A stretch of 40,893 nt of DNA from a virus (IMGVR_UViG_3300049009_000676:1-40893); one strand, 5' to 3'; shown: positions 27,546 through 36,454, counted from the first letter of the stretch. The notes: a model not told the origin generated them from the letters alone. A program made the numbers and translations.

Positions 27546-30336
27546 CGAAATTCACCTCCCGATTCAAGCACTTGATTCGCTCGACCTTGACCATTGCGAA
27601 GTTGGGGATGCGCTTGCCGCGAACCAGAATCACATCATCCTCTTCGAGCCGCTCCGCCGCCAATCGGCCCATTGGCTCGAAGGCAAACCGATCAAAGCGA
27701 AGCGTGATGGGCACGCCTGTGTCGTCGGTAATGAACACATCCGAAAAAAGCGTTTTGCCTGTGATGATTCTCCCGTCTCGCTGCGCCACACGGCGTGATT
27801 CATTTTCATCGCGCAGCTGCTTGCGCAACACCTTGCCAATCAGAAGCGTGTCGCCTCGGGAAGGCAAATCGTTCAGCATCGACACGTAGCTGCCAGCACG
27901 ACATCCGTGCAGCTCTGGCGTTGCATAGATGTCGGCATACAGCTTGCTAAGCGGGTACAGCTCTTGAAACCGAATGGAAGCCTTTGCAATCTTTTCTTTG
28001 TCCAGCTTGCCTTCCGCGCGAGCGCGAACAGCAGCGCTGGCCTTTGCGGGCCCATACCCTTCCAAGTTCATAAAGCCGCCGATCAGCCGCCCGTCCACAA
28101 CGGCCCAATCCACGTCGCTCACCTCGACGTCAAACGCCGTGTACTCAATGCCCTCCGAGTGCATGTCGCGGAGCAGCTCGAATGCTTGGTATTCATCCTT
28201 CGCGTTGCGCAAACACGCGGCGGCATACGCCAACCCGTGGTACGTCTTCATCCACGCGCACCAGTAGCTAATAATGCCGTAGCTGGTGGTGTGGCTCGCG
28301 TTCATGCCCCACGCGCCGAAGCTGCAAATCTCTGCCCAGATAATCCGCGCCGTGTCCTCCGTCAAGCCGCGTTGCTTCGCTCCCTCGACAAACTGTTCGC
28401 CGCGTCGGTCGAAGTATTCTTTGCCCTTGCGTCCGCTCATCGCCTTGCGAACCTCCGACACCAGCTCCCAGCTGAATTTGCCCAGCTCAAAACATATGCG
28501 CATGACTTGCTCTTGGTAAAGCACGACGCCCATTGTTTGTCCGAGGTATTCGGCCATGGATGGGTGCCTGTATGCGATCTCTTCGCGGCCAGCGGCCCTT
28601 GCGATGTAATGCTGCGAAGCGCCGCCGCCCAGCGGCCCCGGTCGAGCCAGCGCCGTAACGTGGTCGATCCGGCGAAACGAGTCGATGTTCACCTCCGACG
28701 CCACCATGCGCTGGGCCTGTCCCTCAAATTGAAAGATGCCGGCATACCGCCTTGAGTTGAACAGATCAAAAACGGCCTGATCATTGAGCTTCAGCGCATA
28801 TAGCTCATCCGATGTCACCACGCCTGCATCCTCGATCACGCCCAGCGTGCGAAGCCCCAAGGCGTCGATCTTAAGCAGCCCGATCGCTTCGGCATATGGC
28901 TTGTCGATCTGAGCAACACCCTCCGAGCCGACGGTGCAAAAGTCGCTGATCGGCTCATTACAAACAATCACACCTGCTGCGTGGACGCCTGTGTGAGATG
29001 CGTGATTTTCCAACTGAAACATCACTTCAGCTTCCGGGTGCGCGGCAATAAACTTGCGACCCGGCTCGGTCTGCTGCATGGTGTCTTCCAGCGAGTGGCC
29101 ATATCGCGCATCGCCCGAAGAGTATTCGACAAGCACATTAAGCACATCAAATTTCTCGCGATCGGGAATGCCCAGCTTCTCGGTGACGCGAGCAATCACG
29201 CTTCGGGCACGCAAGTTGTTGATGCTGCCGATTCGCGCGACTTTCTCCGGCCCGTATTTCTCAGACAAGTATGTAAAGCACTGTTCGCGCTTGGAGTCGC
29301 TGAAGTCGATGTCGATGTCTGGCAAGTCGTTGCGGGTCAGGTCAATGAACCGCTCGAACAGCAACTCATGCACAAGTGGATCGACCTCGGTGATGCGCAA
29401 CAAGTAGCAAACGAGCGAACCGGCGGACGAGCCGCGACCCGGCCCGACCAGCATGCGTTGCTTCGCCCAAGCGATCAAGTCCGCCACAATCAAAAAGTAG
29501 CTCTCAAATTCCTTCTTGGCAATCATCGCCAGCTCGCGCTCCATCCGATCCTCATACTCCGAATCCCACACATCAATGTGTCCAAGGGCAATGCGCGTGG
29601 CTTTCCCGGCCAAAACCAGTTGGCGCAGGTCGCCTGGGAAGTTGATCAGCGGCGCTTGGGGCAGCGTGCTGGCGCATCGCTCGGCGATCTCGTGCACGTT
29701 GTTGGTGGCACGCTTGAACTGAGAAGCAGTCAACATCGGCAGCCATGCACGCAACTCTTGCAGCGTCAGCAGGTGCTGCGGCGTGACACGCTCCTTGCCT
29801 GAAATGGCCATAAAGGCGTGGTAGTCGTCTCGGGTTGGGTAGGCGTTGTCGCTGGTGATGACCAGTGGTTTCTTGGTGCGCTTGTGCAGCTCCAGCGCAG
29901 CGCGTTGTTGGAGTGGGCTGGCAGGGTTGACGTCGATAAAGTCAAAACAGTCTGGATCCGTCAGCGCGGCTCCGGCAAACCGGATGATGCCTTTGGACTC
30001 GCGGAACAGCGCGTGCAGATCGGCCTCGGGTTGCCGGGCGGCGGTGCTGAAGTTGTAGAACAGGCGCGTGTCCTCGGCCAGCGCCCATGCCACCGGCTTG
30101 CGCCCATCCTCGCGCGGCAGCACCAGCTCCGTGCCGAACAGCGGCTTGATGCCAATTTTGTTCAGCTGCTTGAGCCAAGTCGCGTGGCCCCAAGTCCCAC
30201 CGTCCACAATAGCCGCAGCGCCACACCCTAAACCATGCAGGGCGGTCGCAACCGATGGGACTGGGCCGAACCCCTGCCGGAACGAAAACTCCGTCCTTAC
30301 ACGGAGCTGGGGGAATGTTGTCAGACCACTTGCCAT
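27538..30336 (-). CDS. dnaE: DNA polymerase III alpha-like (family C) polymerase
   Basis: GPGRGSSAGSLVCYLL.IT.VDP...LLFERF, catalytic PDIDIDF, HAAGVI, KIDALGL, GIFQFE, RPGP, YQEQVM, C-terminal OB fold. Confidence 0.96.
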   Translation of the reverse strand: MASGLTTFPQLRVRTEFSFRQGFGPVPSVATALHGLGCGAAAIVDGGTWGHATWLKQLNKIGIKPLFGTELVLPREDGRKPVAWALAEDTRLFYNFSTAARQPEADLHALFRESKGIIRFAGAALTDPDCFDFIDVNPASPLQQRAALELHKRTKKPLVITSDNAYPTRDDYHAFMAISGKERVTPQHLLTLQELRAWLPMLTASQFKRATNNVHEIAERCASTLPQAPLINFPGDLRQLVLAGKATRIALGHIDVWDSEYEDRMERELAMIAKKEFESYFLIVADLIAWAKQRMLVGPGRGSSAGSLVCYLLRITEVDPLVHELLFERFIDLTRNDLPDIDIDFSDSKREQCFTYLSEKYGPEKVARIGSINNLRARSVIARVTEKLGIPDREKFDVLNVLVEYSSGDARYGHSLEDTMQQTEPGRKFIAAHPEAEVMFQLENHASHTGVHAAGVIVCNEPISDFCTVGSEGVAQIDKPYAEAIGLLKIDALGLRTLGVIEDAGVVTSDELYALKLNDQAVFDLFNSRRYAGIFQFEGQAQRMVASEVNIDSFRRIDHVTALARPGPLGGGASQHYIARAAGREEIAYRHPSMAEYLGQTMGVVLYQEQVMRICFELGKFSWELVSEVRKAMSGRKGKEYFDRRGEQFVEGAKQRGLTEDTARIIWAEICSFGAWGMNASHTTSYGIISYWCAWMKTYHGLAYAAACLRNAKDEYQAFELLRDMHSEGIEYTAFDVEVSDVDWAVVDGRLIGGFMNLEGYGPAKASAAVRARAEGKLDKEKIAKASIRFQELYPLSKLYADIYATPELHGCRAGSYVSMLNDLPSRGDTLLIGKVLRKQLRDENESRRVAQRDGRIITGKTLFSDVFITDDTGVPITLRFDRFAFEPMGRLAAERLEEDDVILVRGKRIPNFAMVKVERIKCLNREVNFDA

Positions 30337-30857
30337 AGCAGCTCCTTCTGGAAAATCTCCACGAGAGCCATCACATCGTCCAGTGCCCTGTGCGTCTGCG
30401 CCAGCGGCTTGCCCATCACCGACTCATACAGCTCGGTCAACTTGGGGTTGCGACCCCATTCGTCCTTGTACAGCCCCACGGTGCAGATCTCACGCTTGGG
30501 CCATGGGAAGTCAAACACATCCAGCCGCGCCAGCTCTCCACGCAGGATTGCCCGGTCAAAGGGCAGGTTGTGCGCCACGACGCAGGTGGCTCGCTCAAAC
30601 ATCATCCGCATCGCTGGGAGCACAGCCGCAAAAGAGCTTGCGCCCTGCAGCTCTGCGTCGGTGATGCCGGTGATCTTGATGATGACGGGGTCGAGCGGCA
30701 CGCCTGGATCGATCAACACATTCCAAGTGTCCACCACCTCGCCATTTTTCGGGTTCAGCAGCGCAGCTCCAAACTCGATCATGCGCGGCTGCTTGCGCAC
30801 CTCTGCTTGCGGGTGCAGGGTCAGCCCTGTTGTTTCGGTGTCGTATACGAGGATCAT
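30321..30857 (-). CDS. DEDDh 3'-5' exonuclease (DnaQ/epsilon-like)
   Basis: Start moved to ATG 30857; YDTETTG, AHNLPFD, HRALDD. Confidence 0.93.
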   Translation of the reverse strand: MILVYDTETTGLTLHPQAEVRKQPRMIEFGAALLNPKNGEVVDTWNVLIDPGVPLDPVIIKITGITDAELQGASSFAAVLPAMRMMFERATCVVAHNLPFDRAILRGELARLDVFDFPWPKREICTVGLYKDEWGRNPKLTELYESVMGKPLAQTHRALDDVMALVEIFQKELLWQVV

Positions 30858-31321
30858 GCGGCCTCGCGGCGAACGATGAATTTGAGGTCGATGCCGAGGA
30901 TGGCGCGGGTGTCGAATATGACATATTTGTACCAACGCTTGCCCGCGATCACCGGGTTGGTGTGCGACAACGTGGCGACCTCTTGCGCAATCGCAATCTT
31001 TTCTTCAGCAAAGAACCACCGCCACCCAACAAGCTCTTCTTCCGTCACGTGCATGCCCAAGTGTGACGCGCTGGTGCCGTACCGCTCCATCCAGTTCGGC
31101 GAGGACGTGTAATGCAACACCTCCAGCTCCAGCGCCTTGTCGCCGGTGGCTTGGTAGTTGAAGGCCAAGTCAGCGCCATTGCTGCCGCCAACACCCCACA
31201 CCTTGCCGGTCGCAACAACGTGATCCTTGGCCCAATCGGTCAGCCCAATCTTGGCAAACAGCCGCATGGCGCGCTCTGGGTCATTGGGGACGATGGCAAT
31301 TTGTTCGATTTTGAATTTCAT
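30854..31321 (-). CDS. VOC/glyoxalase-fold protein (methylmalonyl-CoA epimerase-like)
   Basis: IEQIAIV, ELEVL, SHLGMHV and Y..FDTR...G..LKFI paired beta-alpha-beta-beta-beta pattern. Confidence 0.75.
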   Translation of the reverse strand: MKFKIEQIAIVPNDPERAMRLFAKIGLTDWAKDHVVATGKVWGVGGSNGADLAFNYQATGDKALELEVLHYTSSPNWMERYGTSASHLGMHVTEEELVGWRWFFAEEKIAIAQEVATLSHTNPVIAGKRWYKYVIFDTRAILGIDLKFIVRREAA

Positions 31322-31322
31322 A

Positions 31323-32003
31323 TTAAGCTCCGTAAGGAATGATGCAACCAGAAAGAAAGATGTGACGCTCTTTTGAGCTCAACAAAAACGCGATAAATTC
31401 AGCCAACACGCTCGGCTCCGTCTCTGCGCCAGCCAGCAGGGCATTGAGCTGGTACTGTGCGGCGAATTCCGGCGTCCAACCGCGATGCTTCACAACCTGC
31501 ATCTCGATATCCTTGCTCATGCCCGTGCCGCGCAGCTTGTTGGGGCTAACGCCAAACACCGTGATGCCGTGCGCCCGACTCAGCTCCCGCGCCAGTTGCA
31601 GCGTCATGATGTGCGCCGCGCCCTTAGACGCGTTGTACGCCAGCGATGTGGTCATCGGCATGTGCGACGCATTGGACACGATGTTCACGACCGCGCCCTT
31701 GGACGCCTTGAGTCGCGGCAATGCCCACTGGGTCATCTTGAAGATGCCCTTGGCGTTAATTTCCATGGTGTCGTCCCAGTCCTTGTCTGTGACGTTCTCT
31801 AACCAGTTAGTGATGTTTATGCCGGCGCAGTTGATCAGCACATCCACCTCTTCTGGAGGGTTGCCCCAAGTGCCTTGTGGATCGCGCACATCGCAACCTG
31901 CCTTGAGATCGAAAGAAATCACGTCATGTTGCGCCATGCTCAGCTGAGTCACCAGTGCTTTCCCAAGTCCCGATGAGCTGCCGGTAACAATAATTTTGCT
32001 CAT
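31323..32003 (-). CDS. Short-chain dehydrogenase/reductase
   Basis: Start ATG 32003; TGSSSGLG, LINCAG, VNIVS, catalytic YNASK, VSP. Confidence 0.93.
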   Translation of the reverse strand: MSKIIVTGSSSGLGKALVTQLSMAQHDVISFDLKAGCDVRDPQGTWGNPPEEVDVLINCAGINITNWLENVTDKDWDDTMEINAKGIFKMTQWALPRLKASKGAVVNIVSNASHMPMTTSLAYNASKGAAHIMTLQLARELSRAHGITVFGVSPNKLRGTGMSKDIEMQVVKHRGWTPEFAAQYQLNALLAGAETEPSVLAEFIAFLLSSKERHIFLSGCIIPYGA

Positions 32004-32785
32004 TTTGCGTTCTCCGTATTTAACAAACAAGCCTCGATCATTGCGGAATAAACTGCGTCGTCGTGGATGGAATCGAGGTGCTTCAACCCGCTTATTGCAA
32101 ACCGACTCAGCTTAACTAGTTTCAACTCAAAAAGATGCCATTGCGGCGAAAAAAGAATCTCCGGCGGCACGCCTTCCGGGAACAACACCTCGCACAGCTT
32201 CGGCACCATTTTGTAGTTGTCCTTGTAAGTGCCGGAACGTTCCAGGAACGTCGCCGCCATCGCACCCAGCACCTCGCCAGCGTTAATCGCCTTCACCGGC
32301 GGCGTGTAGGCGCAGGCGTCGTGAATGGCAAGCACATGCGCTAGGATGCCGTGGTCCTGATACATCTGCACGATGTCAGCTCGGTCATCATAAGCGCAAA
32401 CGATGTCTTTCAGCGAAACGTCATAATCGGCAAGATGCTTAAGCTGTTCCCTCTTCAACTCGACCGATGGCCGGTTGTCGCCCACATTGCGCATGATCAG
32501 GAGTGGATTTTCTACGCCCAAGTGATCTCTGATCCACTCTCGGGTCTGCTGACGCACGTTGCTTCGGCCAACCGTATGGGGGCGTGCAGTCATGAAAATT
32601 GGCGTGTGGCCTTCCCCCAAAATCATGTCCGAATAAATTTCGTAGTTGCCTGCGCGATCATTGCTGACGTCGCGGTGGTACTCGGCGTAGCGTTTGTCGG
32701 GGTGCGTCTCGCTCCAGTTGATCAGCGGGATGCGCTCCCGGTCATCGGCGAGGCAGTTGTCAAGGTCAAAGATCACGTATTTCAT
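32000..32785 (-). CDS. HAD phosphatase (PNKP-phosphatase-like) fused to a helical DUF6378-like domain
   Basis: FDLDNCL, TARP, K and YDDR (HAD motifs I-IV); C-terminal ER...Y..NY...KLSRF.....HLDSIHD..VY. Confidence 0.75.
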   Translation of the reverse strand: MKYVIFDLDNCLADDRERIPLINWSETHPDKRYAEYHRDVSNDRAGNYEIYSDMILGEGHTPIFMTARPHTVGRSNVRQQTREWIRDHLGVENPLLIMRNVGDNRPSVELKREQLKHLADYDVSLKDIVCAYDDRADIVQMYQDHGILAHVLAIHDACAYTPPVKAINAGEVLGAMAATFLERSGTYKDNYKMVPKLCEVLFPEGVPPEILFSPQWHLFELKLVKLSRFAISGLKHLDSIHDDAVYSAMIEACLLNTENAK

Positions 32786-33144
32786 TTGGATGTTCTTTCT
32801 AAGATTCGTTGTCGATTGATGTTCATTGCAGCAGCGTCCGGCTCCCAGTCAGCCCACCACGCAGAGGCCACAGCCGGCAATGGCACGCTGTCATACTTCG
32901 GGCTGTAGCCGCGCCGCAGCATTTCCTCACGCAGCTCATGAAACCTGCGGCGGCAGTACCCGAGCCGCTGGTAGAAAAACTTCACATGCCCAGTGCCCAG
33001 TGTGTAAATTGCGGGTGCCACTACCGTTCTGCGCGCATCGTAGGCCTTGCACGCGAGGGCGAACACGCGTGGCAGCTCCCGGTACTCGGCCACCAAATGC
33101 TGCCGAGAAAGCTCGGCAACAGGGACGCAGTTGATGCGGGTCAC
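32782..33144 (-). CDS. denV: Pyrimidine-dimer DNA glycosylase (T4 endonuclease V-like)
   Basis: MTRIN...EL..QHL.AEYRELPRVF and LGTGHVKFFY closely match T4 DenV, with catalytic Thr2 and Glu23 retained. Confidence 0.92.
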   Translation of the reverse strand: MTRINCVPVAELSRQHLVAEYRELPRVFALACKAYDARRTVVAPAIYTLGTGHVKFFYQRLGYCRRRFHELREEMLRRGYSPKYDSVPLPAVASAWWADWEPDAAAMNINRQRILERTSK

Positions 33145-33863
33145 TTTGCAGCCTTGCGCATCTGGTCCACGATCTTCAGCAGCTGCCCTTTCTTGAGCAA
33201 GTCGCCACCGAACTCCTCCTTGGCGAACTGCTCAATCTCGTCGAACGCATCACGCTTGGCCGGGAACAGGAACTGCTCAGCCCACGGATGCACCGCCAGC
33301 ACTGCGTCGGCCATGGCGTTGACCACCTGCTGGTACTCGCCCTGCGTGCGACCTCCGGTGCGGCTCTTGCAAAGCTCGCTGAAGGTGCGCAGGTTGAATT
33401 TGCAGACGATGTTGGTGGCGATGTTGGTGGGCAGGATGCCGCGAGCGTCCTCGGGAGCGACGCCGGACTTGATCAGCGTGGCGTAGCTGTTGCGGATGTA
33501 GCGGTTGGTGTTTGCGATGATGCTCATCGACACGTTGTCAGCTTTGTTGCGCTCGGTGTGCACGTAGTCGTACTCGCCCATGTTGAGGACGCGCATGGTC
33601 TGCTGGGCGAAGCTGGCGTTGCGGGTGCGGACTTGCTGATGAGTGTAGGCGCGGCTCACACCCTCGACCAAGAACACATAGTCCACAAACTCCCAGCTGC
33701 TCGGGATGGTGTTGGCCATGTAGGCCAGTTCCTCCTCGATGCGGCTCTGGGGCCATTCCATAATCTTGTCCAGCAAACCGGGCGACATCGTCAGCCGGGT
33801 GGACTTGGTGAACACGAGTAGCTGCGCCGCATGGGGCGTGTAACTGATAAGGGTGACTTTCAT
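33141..33863 (-). CDS. thyX: ThyX-fold flavin-dependent thymidylate synthase-like protein with altered signature
   Basis: S.WEF..Y.F..EGVSR..THQ.VR.R..SF.Q, EDARGILP, NLR, Q.EY; the canonical RHRx7S reads RTRx7T. Confidence 0.8.
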   Translation of the reverse strand: MKVTLISYTPHAAQLLVFTKSTRLTMSPGLLDKIMEWPQSRIEEELAYMANTIPSSWEFVDYVFLVEGVSRAYTHQQVRTRNASFAQQTMRVLNMGEYDYVHTERNKADNVSMSIIANTNRYIRNSYATLIKSGVAPEDARGILPTNIATNIVCKFNLRTFSELCKSRTGGRTQGEYQQVVNAMADAVLAVHPWAEQFLFPAKRDAFDEIEQFAKEEFGGDLLKKGQLLKIVDQMRKAAK

Positions 33864-33926
33864 GGCTCTTTCTTTCTAAGGTTAAGTGGCTCCGAATCCC
33901 CGGAGCCGAGGGAAATTATCGCCTGA

Positions 33927-34844
33927 TTATCCGATGCTTCGCTTCACGTCATACGGCTGTGAATTCATCAGACGCTTGATCACGTGGATGTCCTGCGCCA
34001 CGTCGTCCAGCAGGATGTTACGCCAAGTGGCAAACCGACCAAGCGAGTAAATGTTGTGCTGCTGCGTGAGCCCAAACAGCAGTCGCTTGCGGTCAGCGTC
34101 GGCGATGGGCACGATCTTGCCGTACTTCTGGTCCACGGTCTCGATCACCTGCGACACTTCAGCCGCGAAAGCACGCTCAATCAGCACCAGCGCACGTGGC
34201 AACCACTCTTTCGCGGCAACGTCTCCGAGCATGGCCTCGATGATGAGGGCGCTGCCGGTGATGCTGGCTCGGTACATTGGCGTCTCTTCGTCGGGGAAGT
34301 ACACCGTCTGGAACACATCCGCGCCAATCACCCTGCACCGCGCCACCACGATCCCTGCGCGCTCGAATGTCAACTCCGGGTGGATGCCTAACATCTGAAG
34401 CGCAACCGGCAATGGGGCGGTGCTGATGATGCGAGAGCGCATGTTGGCTAGGTCGGCGCTGGTGTTCCAGAACGTGCGCTGGTGCGCGGCCTCCACCAAC
34501 TGTTCGTAGAACGTGTCCGGAGCAACATAACGGTCCACGGGGTCCAGGCTCCAAATGCTCCGGTCACCCGCCAGCCGCCCAGCGACTTTCTTGGCGTACT
34601 GGTTGGCGACCCGGATGTTGGGCTGCACGAACCGGCCCTCGCTCCAGATGCCTTTGTGCACGCGCACCTTGCGGAATTCGATGCCTGTGAGGTTGGCCAC
34701 AGCGTCGCTCCGGAACCGCAGCAGCGCACGGTGCATGGCGCGTGGGGCTGGCTGGGCTTCTAGGACGCTGGCGGTGGGCCAAGCATGGGCTGCGATGAGC
34801 CCAGCCAGCCCAGCCCCAACAATAATGGGCTGAGCAGCTGGCAT
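33927..34844 (-). CDS. FAD-dependent oxidoreductase (UDP-galactopyranose mutase-like fold)
   Basis: Start ATG 34844; IIVGAGLAGL.AA dinucleotide-binding motif, IISTAPL, C-terminal LGRFATWR..LLDDV. Confidence 0.75.
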   Translation of the reverse strand: MPAAQPIIVGAGLAGLIAAHAWPTASVLEAQPAPRAMHRALLRFRSDAVANLTGIEFRKVRVHKGIWSEGRFVQPNIRVANQYAKKVAGRLAGDRSIWSLDPVDRYVAPDTFYEQLVEAAHQRTFWNTSADLANMRSRIISTAPLPVALQMLGIHPELTFERAGIVVARCRVIGADVFQTVYFPDEETPMYRASITGSALIIEAMLGDVAAKEWLPRALVLIERAFAAEVSQVIETVDQKYGKIVPIADADRKRLLFGLTQQHNIYSLGRFATWRNILLDDVAQDIHVIKRLMNSQPYDVKRSIG

Positions 34845-34845
34845 G

Positions 34846-35487
34846 TTACAACACCTCCAGGTGTTTCTTCTCAACCAGTTTCTGGATGTAGCCCCGAGTG
34901 GGCTCGCCCATCTCGGCCTCCAGCGTTGCCAGGGTCATGGTGGCATCCTGCGCTTCCTGCACCAGCTTGAGCACTGCGGCACGTTTGCTGCCGGCTTGGA
35001 TCTTGCTCGTCCCGGCGAAGGTTGCCTTCACCACCATCTCTTTGTTGCGCGGCTTGCTGGGCTCAGTTTTGGCCTTTGGCGCCTTCTTGATGCGGGCAGG
35101 ATCGTTGGCCTCGGCGCTCTTGGTTGCGACCCAAAGGCTGTAAGCCAGCGTGCCCGGCTTGAAGGGGTTTTCGCCATTATCTGGGGCAACCGTACCCTCG
35201 TCGGATTTGCTGGGCTCCTGCACAGGTTTAGCTGCCTCGGCAGCAGGTTCCTGCGCAGCCGCCAGCTCTTCCTTGGTCATGGCCGTTGCGTCGGAGCCTT
35301 TCGGCACACCCAGATGCCCAGCAGCGTCCTCAGCCGCCATCAACGCCATGTCCACGCGACGCTCGGCGATTGCGCGGCTGGAAAACCGCTCGACGGCATT
35401 GCCGGTCAGGGCGTTGTAGGTGGCCACCAGATCGGCGGTGCTCGCGGCAGAGACGTCTGCGCGGTTGCGGATGATGTTTGTTGTCAT
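34846..35487 (-). CDS. Early hypothetical protein, possible C-terminal winged helix
   Basis: Start ATG 35487 after AGAAAGAAA; acidic linker and basic C-terminal domain. Confidence 0.7.
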   Translation of the reverse strand: MTTNIIRNRADVSAASTADLVATYNALTGNAVERFSSRAIAERRVDMALMAAEDAAGHLGVPKGSDATAMTKEELAAAQEPAAEAAKPVQEPSKSDEGTVAPDNGENPFKPGTLAYSLWVATKSAEANDPARIKKAPKAKTEPSKPRNKEMVVKATFAGTSKIQAGSKRAAVLKLVQEAQDATMTLATLEAEMGEPTRGYIQKLVEKKHLEVL

Positions 35488-35504
35488 GATTTTCTTTCTG
35501 AAGT

Positions 35505-35597
35505 TCAAATGTTGAGGAAGATGGCACAGGCGAGGGCAACACCAATGACTATGGCCAACACATAGTCACCGATGATTTCGAGGCGAGAGGGTTTCAT
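35505..35597 (-). CDS. 30-aa single-TM peptide
   Basis: MKPSRLEIIGDYVLAIVIGVALACAIFLNI, with AGAAAGGA SD 5 nt upstream. Confidence 0.65.
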   Translation of the reverse strand: MKPSRLEIIGDYVLAIVIGVALACAIFLNI

Positions 35598-35680
35598 AAT
35601 TTCCTTTCTGGTAGGCAACTTGCCTGAGCGAATTTTGCCTGAAGAAAAGCAGAAAACGCTCAGGTGCTGAAAATATATTT

Positions 35681-36433
35681 TCAGGTAATGTTGGAAAATT
35701 CCTCGGCCAGCTCCCACAGCTGGGCGTTGTAGGTGAGGTTGGACTGGATCTCTTTGAGCGGACGGGCGGTGGTGACGCGACCTGTGCGGGTCAGCCCTTC
35801 CAGGCCATGGCCTTGGGTGGTGGTTTCCTGCAGGCGGTTGAACACTGTCCACAGGTCACCACGATCGTCCTCCGGGCGGCGCACCTGGATCAGGTCTTCC
35901 ACCGTGAACCGATCCGCATCACCCCAGCGCAGCTGTGCCGCCATGCGCGCAAATTCGCGGGTGCGGGCAGAGCTCATGTCGATGTGGCTCCAGCGGTCAA
36001 TCTGCGCGAACAACGGAGCAGTGTTCTTGGCCAGAGCCTGCATGCGCTCGACCAACGTGGCCGCAGCCGCGCCACTGTGGCGCAACTTCTCCTGGTACAT
36101 TGTGTTGCCCACCACCAGCCCATTGCTGCAGACGAACCGGAAAATCCCGGCCAGCGCCGATGCGCGGGTGCTGCCGTCGTGGCTGTTCACGAACACGATG
36201 CGCGGCACTGCGTCGCCGATGACCGGCATGTCGGGGTGCCGGAAATCGATCATGTGCCGTCCGAACTGGCTGGCTGCACCGGAGCGACCCAAGGTGTTCT
36301 GTACGCTGGCCACCTGAAAGCCCTCGGCGACCATGGCGTTGACCACCTGCTCGGAGTCCACGTGCACGTAGCGCGCAGACAGATGGGCGGCAGGGGTTTT
36401 GTTGAAGACGGAGCTGGGCAGAACGATTGTCAT
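35681..36433 (-). CDS. DUF932/DUF945-family protein
   Basis: S.RY, NSHDGS, GIFRFVCSNGLVVG, RR.ED...DLW.VFNRLQE. Confidence 0.88.
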   Translation of the reverse strand: MTIVLPSSVFNKTPAAHLSARYVHVDSEQVVNAMVAEGFQVASVQNTLGRSGAASQFGRHMIDFRHPDMPVIGDAVPRIVFVNSHDGSTRASALAGIFRFVCSNGLVVGNTMYQEKLRHSGAAAATLVERMQALAKNTAPLFAQIDRWSHIDMSSARTREFARMAAQLRWGDADRFTVEDLIQVRRPEDDRGDLWTVFNRLQETTTQGHGLEGLTRTGRVTTARPLKEIQSNLTYNAQLWELAEEFSNIT

Positions 36434-36454
36434 GATGTTGTCCTATAGTGAGTT

